The position numbers were made by a program, and so were the translations under genes. Below are positions 8,976 through 22,311 of a stretch of 64,000 nt of DNA, in pieces. The stretch covers positions 15,664,784-15,728,783 of the forward strand of contig CM121341.1 in assembly GCA_051530055.1 (NCBI GenBank), given 5' to 3'. The stretch is from Neoechinorhynchus agilis. Its lineage: Eukaryota > Animalia > Acanthocephala. The notes under the pieces are model-generated. The model was not told the DNA's origin, ran no database searches, and saw only the letters and a list, made by a program, of their open reading frames with translations. How positions within the stretch are numbered: position 1 is the stretch's first letter; each line of letters begins with the position of its first letter.

Positions 8976-11796
8976 ATGAGTTCGATGAACACTTTTATAG
9001 ATATGCTTCGTCATCGCAGGAGTGACACAGACACGGAGATCATGACATCGAGGTCAAATAGATGGCGCGAAATGTCCACAATGGCTGTACTTTTTCTCGT
9101 TAATCTTCTCAATTATATGGACAGATTCACCATTGCAGGTAGATGATGTACGCCGATTAACATCTACCAGAATCATGTTCGTCACTTTAGGTGTTCTTGA
9201 TCAGATTCAAGATTATTTCTCAATCGACAATGCCTCAGGAGGTCTCCTTCAGACGGTGTTTATCTGCTCGTTCATGATACTTGCACCATTGTTCGGTTAC
9301 CTCGGTGATAGATACAATCGCAGAGTCATCATGGCTACAGGGATATTCGTATGGTCACTTACAACGTTTCTCGGGTCGTTCGTGCCATCACATGTATGCA
9401 CTTTTCATCTTTAAAAAGGTTCCCATCCCTTTATACTCCTCTAATGTTTAGCTATTCAGTCTATTTGTTGTTTTACGTGGACTGGTCGGTATCGGTGAAG
9501 CCAGTTATTCTTGTGTGGCACCATCGGTAATCGCGGATCTGTATGACGGTGATGCGAGAAGCAAAATGCTTGCTGTCTATTATCTTGCAATTCCGGTTGG
9601 AAGTGGATTCGGATACGTCGTCGGGTCACGTATTTCATTGGCACTCGGATCGTGGAAGTGGGCTCTTCGGGTACTTATTCGATTGCATGAAAATCACTAA
9701 GACTCTTAATTTAGGTCACACCACCGATTGGAATCCTATGCATTGTCCTCTTCATCTTTCTAATAATCCAACGGGCATCTCTAACGGGAGCTTTTTATAT
9801 CCTTGTGCTATCTTTTTCTTAATTACGCGAACTCAAAAAAATAAGATTTCAAGAAAAGTGTTATCTGAACTATAAAATTGCCCCGTCCTTTTGTATTTCA
9901 ATGAATATTTATTCTAATTTCAAACACCGTAAATGTGAAATAAAAAACCTTTGGTTTTAAACATACTTTATTCTAAGCGCTTAAATTATTTATGTTTTAA
10001 GTCTCAGCCTTAACAATATTGATTTGAAAAAATACTCTTTAGTTTTAAGAGACCAGTTGTTGTCAAAGAGCCACGTCGTGGCCAATCGGAGATCCAAAAT
10101 ACACAGCACCGTTCATCGGGTCAATCCAGCTACCTTGACGACCTTATGTTCCTATGTGGAAACCGAAGCTACGTTGGAACCAGTGTATCATTCACTGCAG
10201 TCGCGTTTTCCATTGGTGCAGTCTCGTGGTGGAGTCCGAATTATATGAAATTGGCATACGAGCTCCGTGCAATTCAAGACCCACAAGCGTCTACCGGGGC
10301 ACCCGTTTCGCTCATATTCGGAGTGATAACGTGCCTTGCTGGAATATTAGGGGTCGTTGTAGGGTCCACAATGAGCAGGAGACTAAAACCTGTTCGCCAG
10401 AATGCTGATCCACTTATATGTGGATTTGCTGTGTTGTTGTCGGTTCCGTTCATGTTTCTAGCCGTCTTTACATCTAGAAGTGTAATTTGGCTTTCTTGGA
10501 TTCTCATCTTCGTTGGAACCACTTTGATATCATTTACGTGGTCTTTAATCGCCGATATAATTCTTTACGGTAGATCGATTGTGTTCTCCATCGATCTCAT
10601 GAACACAATCGATCAATGTATGTTGTTGTGCCGGCAAGAAGAGCAACTGCCGAAGCATTCCAAATTCTAGTCAGTCATTTGTTTGGCGACGCAGGAAGTC
10701 CTTATTTGATCGGACTTGTAAGTATACTTAATTCTTCGTACGGTTCAATTTGAACATGATAAACGGCTAAAAAGATCTAATAATCCTTCTATTAGCCTAA
10801 ACGAATTTCTTCGCTTTTGAAAACATGAAAATGATCGCTGTTAAGAAGAACACCATTACTACGCAATTCGCATCGTTTCGTACCGTTTTACTCTGTAGCA
10901 GTTGTCGGTTACAATTTCCTGGTTTTATAATGGATTAAGCGATTTCGCGTCCTTTTTATCGAGCAAATGAAATACGTGACACTGCATGGAACCCTCCAAA
11001 CGGCGAAACGTTATTGAAATTTTAGTTTTCGCAACTTTTACACAGAAAGCCCCTCAGTGCGGCATGGAGATTTGTAAAATTGAAATGAATGCTATGCATA
11101 AATAATAGAAACCAAGAGCCTGATAAATTAATATTTTGCTTCCCTCAATTAGTTCTTTTACATTGCATCTCCAAATATTGACAGATCTTGACCGCAGATT
11201 GAAAACAAAGCGTATTGATGAATTGTGTGAAAAGAGCTGAGAAACTTCCGATTCGATGTTGATTTCTCACCTGGGGCTACGCTCTGTCGATATTAATGAA
11301 AAGATTTTGTCTAAACATTTAGCGCTGTTTTGGCGTTCTAATGATCAGAATTCCAGTTCTATCATCAGGTAGGATTTTCTCTTGATGGTTTAGGTTTTGT
11401 GTTTGTTTTCTACAAGAAATGACGAATCGAACAAAGTTTTGTTCTAGTAAAAACATTTTTTGTTTTTGTCTTAATCTTTTTTCGATAGATATCGGACAAG
11501 TTGATTAGACCGGGAAGCAGCAAGGACGTATTACGGCAATTTACATCCCTTCAAACCGCTTTGTACATAAACACGTTTGCATTAGTGTTAGCCGGCGCTG
11601 GATTCCTAGTGACCGCATTCTTTATATCAAGTGACCGGCGGTCGGCTGAAGTGTATATGAGAGGCAAGTGCGTTCTTTTAGTTTTTACAAAGTGCTATAG
11701 TTTTTTTAAGGGAATGAACTTGAGGATCCAAGCGACGAAATAGTGAATGGTGATGACGAAGAGACTCAAAAACAAACAGTCGATCATATTCTTTGA
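8976..11796 (+). CDS. SPNS1: Spinster-family MFS lysolipid transporter, multi-exon
   Basis: [45 protein letters not shown] and [10 protein letters not shown] across exons with GT-AG introns. Exact start and last exon are inferred. Confidence 0.9.
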
Positions 11797-12691
11797 ATTT
11801 ACAACCTGGTAAAGTCAATAAAGTCATGTCTTTTTTGCGCGGTCAAATAGTCAACGCCAGCCGTAGTGGCGAAATATTAGGTTGTTACGGTTGTAATGTG
11901 GTCCGCGTAAGTTAAGATCCATCTGTAATCAATGAGGACTATTAATTTTAGACCAATTTTAGAATTCTTAAGATTATTAAGACCTGTTAGGAAATTCGGC
12001 CCTTTTGTTAAGTGTGTGCGTGTTATTCTTCAAAATTCACCCATGATTTTTTTAGGAACGAATCCACTAGGACTACACAGATAGGTTACAAAAGAGAAAA
12101 CTAATTTAGGATAAAAGGATAACTAAATTTTCGCCAAACGAATTGATCGTACTCAATCGTGTTCAATGACGCATACCTCTGGCTCATTGTGTGCTCTATA
12201 CTTTTGATCATTTTCCTGAAAGGAGTTTAGAATCCGTTTGGCGTCGGCTTCATTTACTCCTGGAGTGTGCATATACGCCATCGCTCGCCTTATCTACCGC
12301 AACTTTTTTTAGCATAAGTAATATTAAATAGAAACGTACCCGAAGCTCACTCATTGACTGCATGAGATTCTCAAGTTCTTGGGTGGCTTCGTCTATACCG
12401 CCAGGGAATCCATCATTGGATAACCTAGTCGTTTTATGTCAACTTTACTTGAGACCTAAGGAACTGACCGTTCGCGTCTAATGACATGGTCGTCGGTACT
12501 GGTGTAAAGCTGGTCGATAGTATTGATTGATTCGTCTACCGCGATCAATTGAGCCATCCCTTTTACTCCATTGACCGCGTTTTTATCTGTTGGAGAGAAT
12601 CCTTTAGTCTGCGATCAAGATCTTTACTAACTTGAAGACCTAAGTGAGATGGTATCAGTCGATTTTTTACGGATCACGTTAAAGTGGTTCA

Positions 12692-12763
12692 GGGTCGAAA
12701 TACGTCGATGAACGAAAGTATGAAACTCACTGATGAGTCACACCACCTCGACAGGTATCTGAG
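12692..12763 (+). ncRNA. Permuted hammerhead copy with intact core but two stem II mismatches
   Basis: GGGUC-GAAA-UAC...CUCA-CUGAUGA-GUCAC...GGUAUC-UGAG. Confidence 0.6.
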
Positions 12764-12849
12764 GACCGGATGTACGGATTTTTCTTTCGCCCAAGATACC
12801 GTTTACGTGCTAACCTTCATGTTTGGTTCTATGAGCCTGAAGTTCGCGT

Positions 12850-13135
12850 AACAGTCGATCAAGTTCGTCCAGACTGGCCACAAGCCTTGCTGAATGCACC
12901 ATTGAGGTTTTCGAAGAAGGTACAGCGCATTGCTTGGACGTGGATGCTCGTTCGCAAACGGCTTTGAGGTCATTTAAGAGCATATCTAATTGATGAATTT
13001 TGGCAGTAGCCGGACTAAATGTTCGAACCTAGTTCCTTTTGACTGTCTTCCGTCAAGATGGGAGCAGAGCCACTTGAATCCTCGCGAGATGAGAGCGTCA
13101 TCGCTCTCCTTTTGTCTCCCAAAAGTACCGCAGGG
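12850..13135 (-). mobile_element. Decayed CRE-like endonuclease fragment
   Basis: Minus-strand LCSHLDGRQS resembles LCRLDGRRPDG of the other CRE copies. Confidence 0.5.
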
Positions 13136-13226
13136 TGATTCAGAAGCCAGCGCATGGGAAAACCCCAAAAAAGATGACAAAGTGTGACGTATTTGGTGAC
13201 ACGGTAGAAGACAAAAAGTACATTGA

Positions 13227-16200
13227 ATGAGGTCACCGATTTTATCGGCCTTGGCGATGCACAGGATTGTCTATTTTCCCCTGTGGTATAGACTGAGGAA
13301 AGCAAGAAGACAACGATGTGTTTGTGTGCTCATCGTGGTAATAACGTTTGTTTTTATCGACTTGTGCCGTATAATGCAAAAAGATAACAAATCAATGTCG
13401 TCACAGATTCATGGTGAGTGTGGGCGTTTTAAAATTCTTTCATATCGATACGCCTATCGAAATATAATTTGAAATTGCTTGTTGAAAAAAAATTAAGTTG
13501 CTTTTTTAGGTGATATTAAAAACTCTCAATTTTTAGTTGATTTCAATGCATACTTTTGAACGAGCGCAAAAATTGATTTTCGGTTTTAGAATTATTGGTT
13601 TAGAAATCTTCACTCTGTAAAGAGTTTATTAAGAACGTTCTACGAACCTCCTATGGGGTTCATCATCAGTTTGTCAGTAATCCTAATCGTATACCCCGGC
13701 ACCTCCTCACATATCGACATTATTTTCTTTTTTGATAGTTTTTCCACTCAAGATTTTAATTCACTAATTTATTTCCGATGCTCACGTATTTAGAAACTTG
13801 AAGAAATGTCGGAATTATCCGATGTGAAATATCGGAAATAATTAATTAAATTTAAATAGGAGGGGTGGCGAAACTAAGAAAAAGAATCTTTTTCCCCGAT
13901 AATCAAAGACAAAGTTATTTTGTGTGGAATTAGCCGAAAATTTAAACACGGGAAGAGGCGTGAATGTTTATAAGCTCTTCGTGTTGAAAAAAAACTGATA
14001 AAGCTGTAAAAAAATTTAATTTATAATTTTTATGCTTACTCGTTTTTCCTATTATTTATTGCAAAGAATTTTTTTAAGATCGCAAATGCTCACATTATTC
14101 TAAATTCAAGAATAAGGACGTTTCCTTAAGGGATGTTCCAAGTTTAACGATAAGCCGCTTACAAGGACATTTCTCATATTATTACAAATCTCAGCTGTTT
14201 CTAGTCATTTCTGACATTGACGCCCCCATGAATCTTTGCGTTTTGTTTCATCAATCTTAACAGGTTTCACATGAAAGTAGATCGATTAAAACTAATTTAA
14301 ATAACTAAACGTCTTAGTACTTGAGATTCGATTTCATTTTTCACCTATTTATGAAGAAACTTACTTGAAATTAGCTCTAGGTTTAGAGAATTAAGTGAAA
14401 CAAATCGACGTGCTTTTAAATTAAAACGCAAATTTCGTCCGTTTAATGCTCGTATTCATCTTTGAAATTGACGTACATCAATGAAATTACTCTGGACACT
14501 TTCATGGTGTTCATTTTAAAACGGATTCTGATGGAAGTTTTAAACTCACATTTCAGTATTTTTCGAAAATGATCTGCGAATCTTTGTACGAAAAACGTAG
14601 TTATTATGTTTCTTATCCAAAACTAGAAAACTTTCCCATTTGAGTTTCGTTCCACTGTCCCTTTTAAGCAGATTAGTAACGTATTTAAGAGCAAAGCTCA
14701 TAGGACGCTAATTGTCCCAACGAGTCGTGGTGCGTCTCTTGTAGCTTTGAATACATTCAAGTGGCTTATTGGAAAACCTGTTTTTATATGGCGTAAAAAT
14801 TAAAAGAATTTACTGATTCCGATATTTCGGCACGGTTGTAAAAGTATCAGGTGCGGACTAAACACTTTTACAACCTTGATAAACGCGTACAAGATTGTGG
14901 CTCCGAAATATTGGAATCAATAAATTCTTTTAATTTTTACGCTATTTAAAAACATGAATAGTTCAATCTTCATACATATTGGAAAACCATGGCAAGCTAG
15001 TTCTTTTTTATGTACATAATATATATTTTTTCCAAATAAGTCACTAAAGTCGAAATGATTGTTCCAGTTTAGAAGGCGTACAAGCGACGGCGCGCTTATG
15101 ATAACAAATAAAATGCCACCACTTTTCCACTTGTTTGCTAAATCGAAAAATCCCTCGAAAAATGCTTTTTTTTCACAGACAATTACGGAAAAGGAGGATT
15201 ACCTGTAATATTACCTGAGTCCCTAAAGTCAGAATCTAAACGGCGGTTTAATGAGAACCAATTCGATGTAGTAGCGTCAGACTTGATAGGAATATATCGC
15301 GACGTACCGCATCTTCGACAAAGGAAGTATGCATCTTTTTTGACTTTAGGAATCATCTTATTCACTAGCTTCGTTTGACAAAGGTGTGGGATTATTAGAA
15401 CGTCCTTATCCGAATTGGAGCAGCTTTCGAAAGAAGCTCGAACAAGCGTTATAATTGTGTTTCACAACGAAGCAAACAGCACACTGCTTAGAACAGTATC
15501 AAGCGTTCTTCGTCAAACTCCTTCGTGTCTTATTCACGAGATCATCCTTGTTAACGACGCCAGTACAGTTGGAGGCCATTACTTGGATTCTGAAAATCTT
15601 CAACCAATTCTTGATGGAATCTCAATAGCGACCACTCCACATAAGTGTGGCATATCACCAATACCAGTAGTTCTCATCCAGAATCAAGAACGAGTCGGAT
15701 TAATAAAGTCACGATTAATCGGAGCTAAAACTTCAACCGGTCAAACACTCACGTTTCTGGATGCTCATGTTGAATGCACAAAAGGATGGCTTGAGCCTTT
15801 GTTAGATACCGTTCTTAAATACAACCGAAGTGTAGCCGTGTGCCCGGTCCTTGATGTGATCGATGACACTACGTTTGAGTATCGCATCGGATCCGAGAGC
15901 ACTGTGGGTGGCTTTAATTCAATGCTCAATTTTCGATGGTATTCGATTCCTGAACGTGAGGTAAAGCGAATGAGACACAGTGGAGACCGATGCATGAAGT
16001 CTCCAACCATGGCCGGTGGACTTTACACGATAGATCGTGAGTACTTCTTTAAGATTGGGTCGTATGATGAATTGATGGAAGTGTGGGGTGCTGAAAACCT
16101 CGAGATATCGTTCCGAATATGGATGTGCGGCGGTCAGGTTCTTATTGATAGTTGCTCTCATGTTGGACACGTATTCCGAAAACGAAGCCCTTATACTTTC

Positions 16201-17481
16201 CCTGGCGGAGTAATTTATGATCGGATCCTAACTGTTTGTAATTTGAATCCCGAAAGTAGTAGGTCTTAATGGGAAAGAGAACGTAATCATAATCTTTTCA
16301 TAATGCTTGAAGAAAGCGTATTTAATTTTATCGTGACAGCGATTTTCTATTATTTTCGATATTTCCACCCTTTTTTGTATAAGCTAACGGCTGAATTTTC
16401 TCATAACTGTAAAAGTTTATAAATATCACAATATTAATAAGGATCCTTCTGAACTTTTAAATCCTACAGTTTTGGTGTGGAATAATATTTTTGAAAGAAG
16501 TAAGTAATGCATACCGATGTGTACTGGAACCGAGTTGAAGTTATGTTTCAATCAATATTTTCAGTCTTAAAAAGTCAATAATAATGGATGCACCGTTTCG
16601 CGAACCATGTATTAAGATCCGATCATCGTAAACTATATTATTGGGCACAACTTAAAACGACTGGTTCACGTATGGCTGGAACCCGAACACCTCGAATTTG
16701 TCCACCAATTCGTTCCAGGTACGATCATTTGCATTATCTCAGAACATCTTAAATGCACCATTCGCCCCATTAAGCTATCATTAACGTCGACGGTGGTGAT
16801 CTATCAAGCAGAAGACATCTTCGCACAGATATTCTCAAATGTAAATCGTTTAATTGGTACATAGAAAACATTTATCCGGAAGCTCCGATTCCATCATCCA
16901 ATTGGGCTTTGTACAAATACACGTTCGGGATGCTAACAAACACTCATTGGCGAAAATGTGTCACCTATAACGGAGATGTTAGTACGATGAAGTTTGCGAA
17001 CGATTACCAGGATACCAATTTAACAAATTGCTCAAAACGACCAAACCAAGTAGGATTTTTTTAAATCGTAAATCTCGAACATCAACCTTTTCCACTGAAA
17101 GATTTTCTTTTATAATCGGATGACGGGTCAAATAAGGTGCAACGAGGCTTGTTTGCAAGTTCAACGAAATGGACGCGTAGTCCTTGCTTCGTGCCGTGAT
17201 TCACGTGAGCAATCTTTCCGAATTCAATTCGAGAATGATGAAGAACAGAATAACGTGAGTTTGTATCCATTTTATAAGTATTTTAGCTTTTTTTGTCCTC
17301 GTTTGAGTAATCGTGAGGTCCAAATAATTCAATGTTTTCAGAAATGATCGTACTTTGTAAACTTATTGACCTTTGGCTACGACATAGTCGGCAAAATAGA
17401 AATTATCACGAATTCTACACTTTGTCCTTTTTCGATTCTAAGCCAGCAATACCAACTGAACCCGAATTCGTCCGAAACTGA
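13227..17481 (+). CDS. GALNT: Polypeptide N-acetylgalactosaminyltransferase, multi-exon
   Basis: Putative TM first exon (13227-13415), [29 protein letters not shown] (DxH), [30 protein letters not shown] and a lectin-like 3' part. Terminal exons are uncertain. Confidence 0.88.
13629..13675 (-). repeat. Degenerate arm of the hammerhead fold-back family
   Basis: Minus strand aaaCTGATGAtgaaaccccataggaggttcgtagaacgttc resembles the arms at 58.6 kb and 63.2 kb. Confidence 0.5.
13724..13885. mobile_element. MITE family B, internally deleted copy
   Basis: Shares attcactaatttatttccgat and gaaatgtcggaattatccgatgtgaaatatcggaaata segments with other copies. Confidence 0.65.
14780..14953. mobile_element. 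MITE-like element, family A
   Basis: ~50-bp TIR gtttttatatggcgtaaaaattaaaagaattt...ccgatatttcgg. Relatives at 26034, 27621, 43930 and 60415. Confidence 0.75.
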
Positions 17482-17525
17482 TTATGCTTTATTTTTAAAA
17501 TGTTTCTTAAAACAAGGATTCATTA

Positions 17526-18129
17526 CTTTCTTGTGATAGTTTTGTCAACCCTCTGATTTAAATTCACTTATTTATTTCCGATATTTCACGTTTCGACATT
17601 TCCCCCAAGGTTTGTCATTGTTTGTTATAAAAAAATCTTGAGCGTCTTTTAATAAGAAACCTTGGGGAAATGTTGGAATTATTCGATGTGAATTATCGGA
17701 AATAAGTGAATTTAAATCAGAGGGGTGACAAAACTACCTCGGCGGTTTTTGAACATAATCCCCGGTTAAAGATTCCTTTATTATTGGGAAATATTTCGCG
17801 AGTGAACACATGCAAACAATGACTAATGAGGCGAGGTTTCTTCGTTCGAGATATTTCAATAAAGGAATCTATAACCGGAGGATTATGTTCAAACACCACC
17901 ATTCTTTGGCAGTTTTGTCACCCCTCCGATTTAAATTCACTTATTTCCGATAATTCACATCGGATAATTCAAACATTTCCCCAAGGTTTGTTATTAAAAG
18001 ACGCTTAAGATTCTTTTAATAACAAACAATGACAAACCTTGGGGGAAATGTCGGAATTATCCAATGTGAAAAATCGGAAATTAATTAGTGAATTTAAATC
18101 AGAGGGGTGACAAGATTACTACAAGAAAG
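17526..18129. mobile_element. Composite of MITEs, B-C-B
   Basis: B (17526-17740), C (17741-17900), B (17909-18129), with mutually inverted outer ends ctttcttgt / acaagaaag. Confidence 0.8.
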
Positions 18130-19269
18130 TCTCTTTTCTAACGAAGATATTTAAAACTTACAAGCAATAATTGAATGAAGAAGTCCAGCGTGATTCATAA
18201 AGAATGATTAATGTTAATTTAGATTATATTGATGGCGACAAGTAAATATAACCAATGTCTTACATCACCCGACGGAAAATCACTTTCAGTACGTTCATGC
18301 CGACAAAATGATTCTACACTGTATTGGAAATTTCACTTAAAGAAGTAAATACGCACAAGGACTGCAAAAAATGTTTTAATCAAAGGAAAATAAAATCGAT
18401 CGGTTCACATTGATAGTGAGAGATCCATTTAAGCAGTCCATTCGCTATTTTTAAATGCTTACGTTTTCGATTTCTGCCTAAAGGGGAATTTGTTTACATT
18501 TCCGAAAAGTACAAAAAATTTAATTTTTGAAAGTTCGCTAAATGGAGGCTGATATGACAAAAATTACGATTGCCGATAAAGTCAACAATTATGAATCTTC
18601 ATCTGCTGCAAATGACAAGGGAATTCGTCCGCTTTGGTGACTAAATATTAATTACGTTTCTGTGCCAGAAGGACTGTAGTGAGCAACGAGACACTCGATG
18701 AACGTTCAATTTCGCCTTCATCAAAAATATTGCGACATTTGGAAACTACTACTGTCGACGGGGAAATGTTCCAATAATCGCAACAACGGGAAATCGGGAG
18801 CATCTCCGATATACAACTACCCTTTCTCCCTTGTTATTCAACCAAAATAAAAAATTGAACATATCGAACGAGGATAGGAGCTCTTTCTTTGGTTAGATAA
18901 GAATTCCATCGACGATTATGGTAAATTCCACTACATTTTGTTATATGGCCATCGCTGAAACTAGGCTTGAATTTCTGAGTAATGCCATGACAACTGAGAA
19001 ACAACAAAGTAAGTTACTTCAAAAATAGCTATGCCGGCTGAAACTTCGAGGGCCATTCGGCGCTACAATCGCCGGACAGATCTGTTAAGAAGCACTGGTG
19101 AAATTCCCCAACGGTTATCCAGAATCAGCGGAGGACACGCGATCATCCAAATGACGATATCTTTTTTAGTGGTCTCCTAATGATTTCAAATTGTTTCGGT
19201 TGCATTAAATCTCCTTCAAGATCGAAGATATTGATGATACACGCTAAAATATCGTCGAAGCTAGTAAAG

Positions 19270-19565
19270 GCATCCTTAGAAATCCTTTGTTTCAAAAAGT
19301 CCCCCAACAAAGGATTAGAATGCACCATGACTACGGCATATAGAGAAAACCATCGTTTCAAAGAATTTTTCAACGACAAATCGTGGTGAACCGCGATTTA
19401 GGCATCCCTAGAAATCCTTTATTACAACGTAACTCCAACAAAGAATCGGGATGCACTACGATTACGGCATCCCGAAACAACCATAGTTTTAAAGAATCCC
19501 CCAACAAAGGATTGGAATTCACCATGATTACAGCATCCCGAGAAATCCCTCGTTTCAAAGAATGC
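19270..19565 (+). repeat. Degenerate 66-bp tandem array (~4.5 units)
   Basis: Unit gcatcc.gagaaa.cc.t.gtttcaaagaatcccccaacaaaggatt.gaat.caccatga.tac, i.e. 22 codons. Confidence 0.75.
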
Positions 19566-19819
19566 TCGACATTCAACTCATACCGATCGGAAAGACGTGT
19601 CGCTTTAAATAAAAGTCAATACTCCCAATTTATTTTAATACTTCTAACGGAGCGAGATTCGGCATTGTATTTCAAAGGATCGCCGTTTTCACATCTCGAC
19701 TTTAACCAAGACGATCACATCAAATAGCGTTCATTTGGGGAGTTCTATTTGCCGCTGATCGTTTGAAGCTTTTTTTTCTTTAAAAAAAATTTTTTTAAGC
19801 AAGCATACATAATTTATAG

Positions 19820-20653
19820 TTTCATCAACGCTCCCATTCATCGGCGCTGGCCGAAATGCTAGCCGCATTGCTTCGCTGCACCGTAATGCTTATTTTTTTG
19901 CGCCAAGAACGACGTCGATCTTGGCTCTCCAGTCGCTGCATAAATTCGTTTCCCCAAGTCCTTCAGGGGGGCTAGTGCCGACCCTCTCAAGGCCCCATAC
20001 GTTTCCACACCGAAGGGGGCAAAATGGTAATTTCTTGTTAGCTCCCTGTATTTTGAGCATTTTCGATCTTCTGCAGCCGTCGCCGCTCCTCCTGGACCTT
20101 TTTTCGAGTGGATGATGTTGGAGTTTGCCAACGTGTCCACACACGTTGCATCCCACAACAAACATTTTCCCTCCCGCCAAGGAAATACGGTCACGCCATC
20201 AGGGCGTCTTCCATCTAATCTACAAAGATTAGTGGGTTCCAGAATGTTTGGAAGGGAAAGCGTTTTTAGAGTCCTACTCAGAATGGCATTGATTTCAGCA
20301 TGCCTTGGAAATCGTCCCGATGACGTCTTGCAGTCCACTATAGTGCTGCAGCGGCAGCGATGCGGGATGCAAATCGGTTGACCTAATCTCAAGGATACTG
20401 CGATCCTGACGACTGAGTCAGCAAGGAGATTTCCAAGTTTACCTACAGGGAGAGCATTCAGCCACGCTCCCGACTCCTTCGTGGAATAAGCTACCAGCCG
20501 GACCTGAGACACCTCATCCAGAAGATCTTTGAAAGAGTTGTGAATCTTCTGAACAAGAGGAATGTACCAAGACGACTGTTTGCACTCATTTGCGGGGAGC
20601 TGGTTGATGCCTGTCAATTGATGCCATTGAGATAATCCCGTGGCAAAGATCAA
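19820..20653 (-). mobile_element. CRE-like non-LTR retrotransposon 3' portion (zinc knuckle plus PD-(D/E)xK endonuclease)
   Basis: SGAWLNALP, LRLG, HRCRC, RHAEIN, LDGRRPDGVTVFPW, WDATCVDT, FAPFGVETYG. Confidence 0.88.
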
Positions 20654-21238
20654 ATCAACCCAGATTTATTTTAATAAATTGATCGGAAGTTGTCATAGCG
20701 ACCAATTGGAAAATGATTCGATTTCAAGAACTTCGTTACCCGAGTCTAACATGGAAATGTTATTCAGGCTTTAAATCTCTGCTGTAATTCGCAGTCTTTG
20801 TGTTCACTGGCGGCATTTATGGTCGACCTTCGATGATCGAATATAAACGATTGCAATCAGTAAAGTGTCTTTTCTTTTAAATTCATGTGAAAACTTCAAA
20901 TATATTTAAATAATTTTGAAGAAAGTGATTCGGATGGCTATTTCATTCAGAATTCGGTGATATTGAATGTAAAAAAATAAGCTACGAAGAATGCTCTGCT
21001 TGATTTTTGTAGTTTCTTTAAGATTTTTAATTCATTCGTCAGTTTGAATTGCTATGAAACAAACATTTTACAGTATTAATATGGTGCACTTATTTGCTAC
21101 TGGTTATCAACAAAAAATATTTGATTGGCACTAGTGACGAGAATACATTATGTAATCTCATCTAAGTAGATAATTACCCTCGTTCAAAAACTGCGAGGTT
21201 AACACTGATTTCATCATTGTCTAAATTTCCTAAAAGAA

Positions 21239-21508
21239 ATGGATAACCAAGATAATGTAAACGGCGAACGTCAGTTCCGTCTTAACGTTCGAGAAGCTCT
21301 TCGTGATATTACGAACGATAAATCAATGCATTTAATACGTGTATTTCAAAGGTTTCTCCGGGAGGCGTTACGTGAAGTAGACGAAGAGAACAATGAAGAC
21401 CAAGAGGACGACAATGAGGACGATGAAGACGAGGAGTACAATGAAGACCAAGGGGACGACGAAGACGAGGAGTATAATGAAGACCAAGGGGACGATGAAG
21501 GCCAATGA
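21239..21508 (+). CDS. Short orphan ORF with an acidic 36-bp (12-aa) repeat tail
   Basis: ATG-initiated 89 aa with EDQGDDEDEEYN repeats. No family recognised. Confidence 0.3.
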   Translation: MDNQDNVNGERQFRLNVREALRDITNDKSMHLIRVFQRFLREALREVDEENNEDQEDDNEDDEDEEYNEDQGDDEDEEYNEDQGDDEGQ

Positions 21509-21610
21509 GGGCGAATTTTACTGATCAAGGATAACAATCGCAGCGCTTGCTTAAAGTTGTGAAAATGTTCAATGACGCTGACGATAAAATTGTAAATATA
21601 GTGAACGTCT

Positions 21611-22311
21611 CCTTTGAATACCGCCCAAAATTCACTTCGATGTTTGTTTTTCTACCGATATTCACATAAAATCACATCTTGCATTGAATATGTGTTCTAA
21701 AAATTTCATTTAATAATAAGCTACGCAACCGAGAAAATATTCTGTTCAAATATATTGCCTAAGATCAGTTACTATCTTATGCTTATTTTATTAAATTAAA
21801 GATTTGAAAATAATTTTCAATAAATTTAACACATTCGGCATTTTTTATTTGAAGACAAATTGAAAATCAGGTATATGATATTAGTGATGATAGCTTTGAT
21901 TAGTTTAAACCGGTAAAAAATTCCCATCCGCGCAAATGTTTGCACGTTTCACAAGATTTCTGCATTCTACAACTTTGTACTTATTGTAAACAGAAAGCAT
22001 TGTAAAATTTAAGCCTGGTTGTTAATTGGATTTGATGGCCGGTATTCATTAAATGTTTTACTTCCTCGTTCTATCTGCTCGCTGATGACTCGGAATATAG
22101 CATTCTGATGTTCTTGCATCTGGTTGGAATTGGGGTCTTCTGTCCATTATCTTAGCCAGAAAACGATTCTCGTTCTGCGGCCAATCAGCGCGAGAGATTA
22201 CGATCAAATGTGCTATGTAGCCAATTACGGCACGAGCTCTGAAAACCGCCTCTCCAGCACTTAATAAACCCGTTGGGATTCAACGATAACATATGCTGCC
22301 CAAATCAGACT
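21611..22311. repeat. Dispersed duplicated block, copy 1
   Basis: Near-identical to 29065-29960 from cctttgaataccgccc to caaatcagact. Confidence 0.9.

Noticed and set aside
21395-21505. CRISPR-like array
   Set aside because: Contiguous 36-bp coding-type tandem repeats without unique spacers, in a eukaryotic context with no cas genes
22082-22165. CUGAUGA in the duplicated block (also 29536)
   Set aside because: No stem II partner adjacent to a GAAA and no UH/stem III
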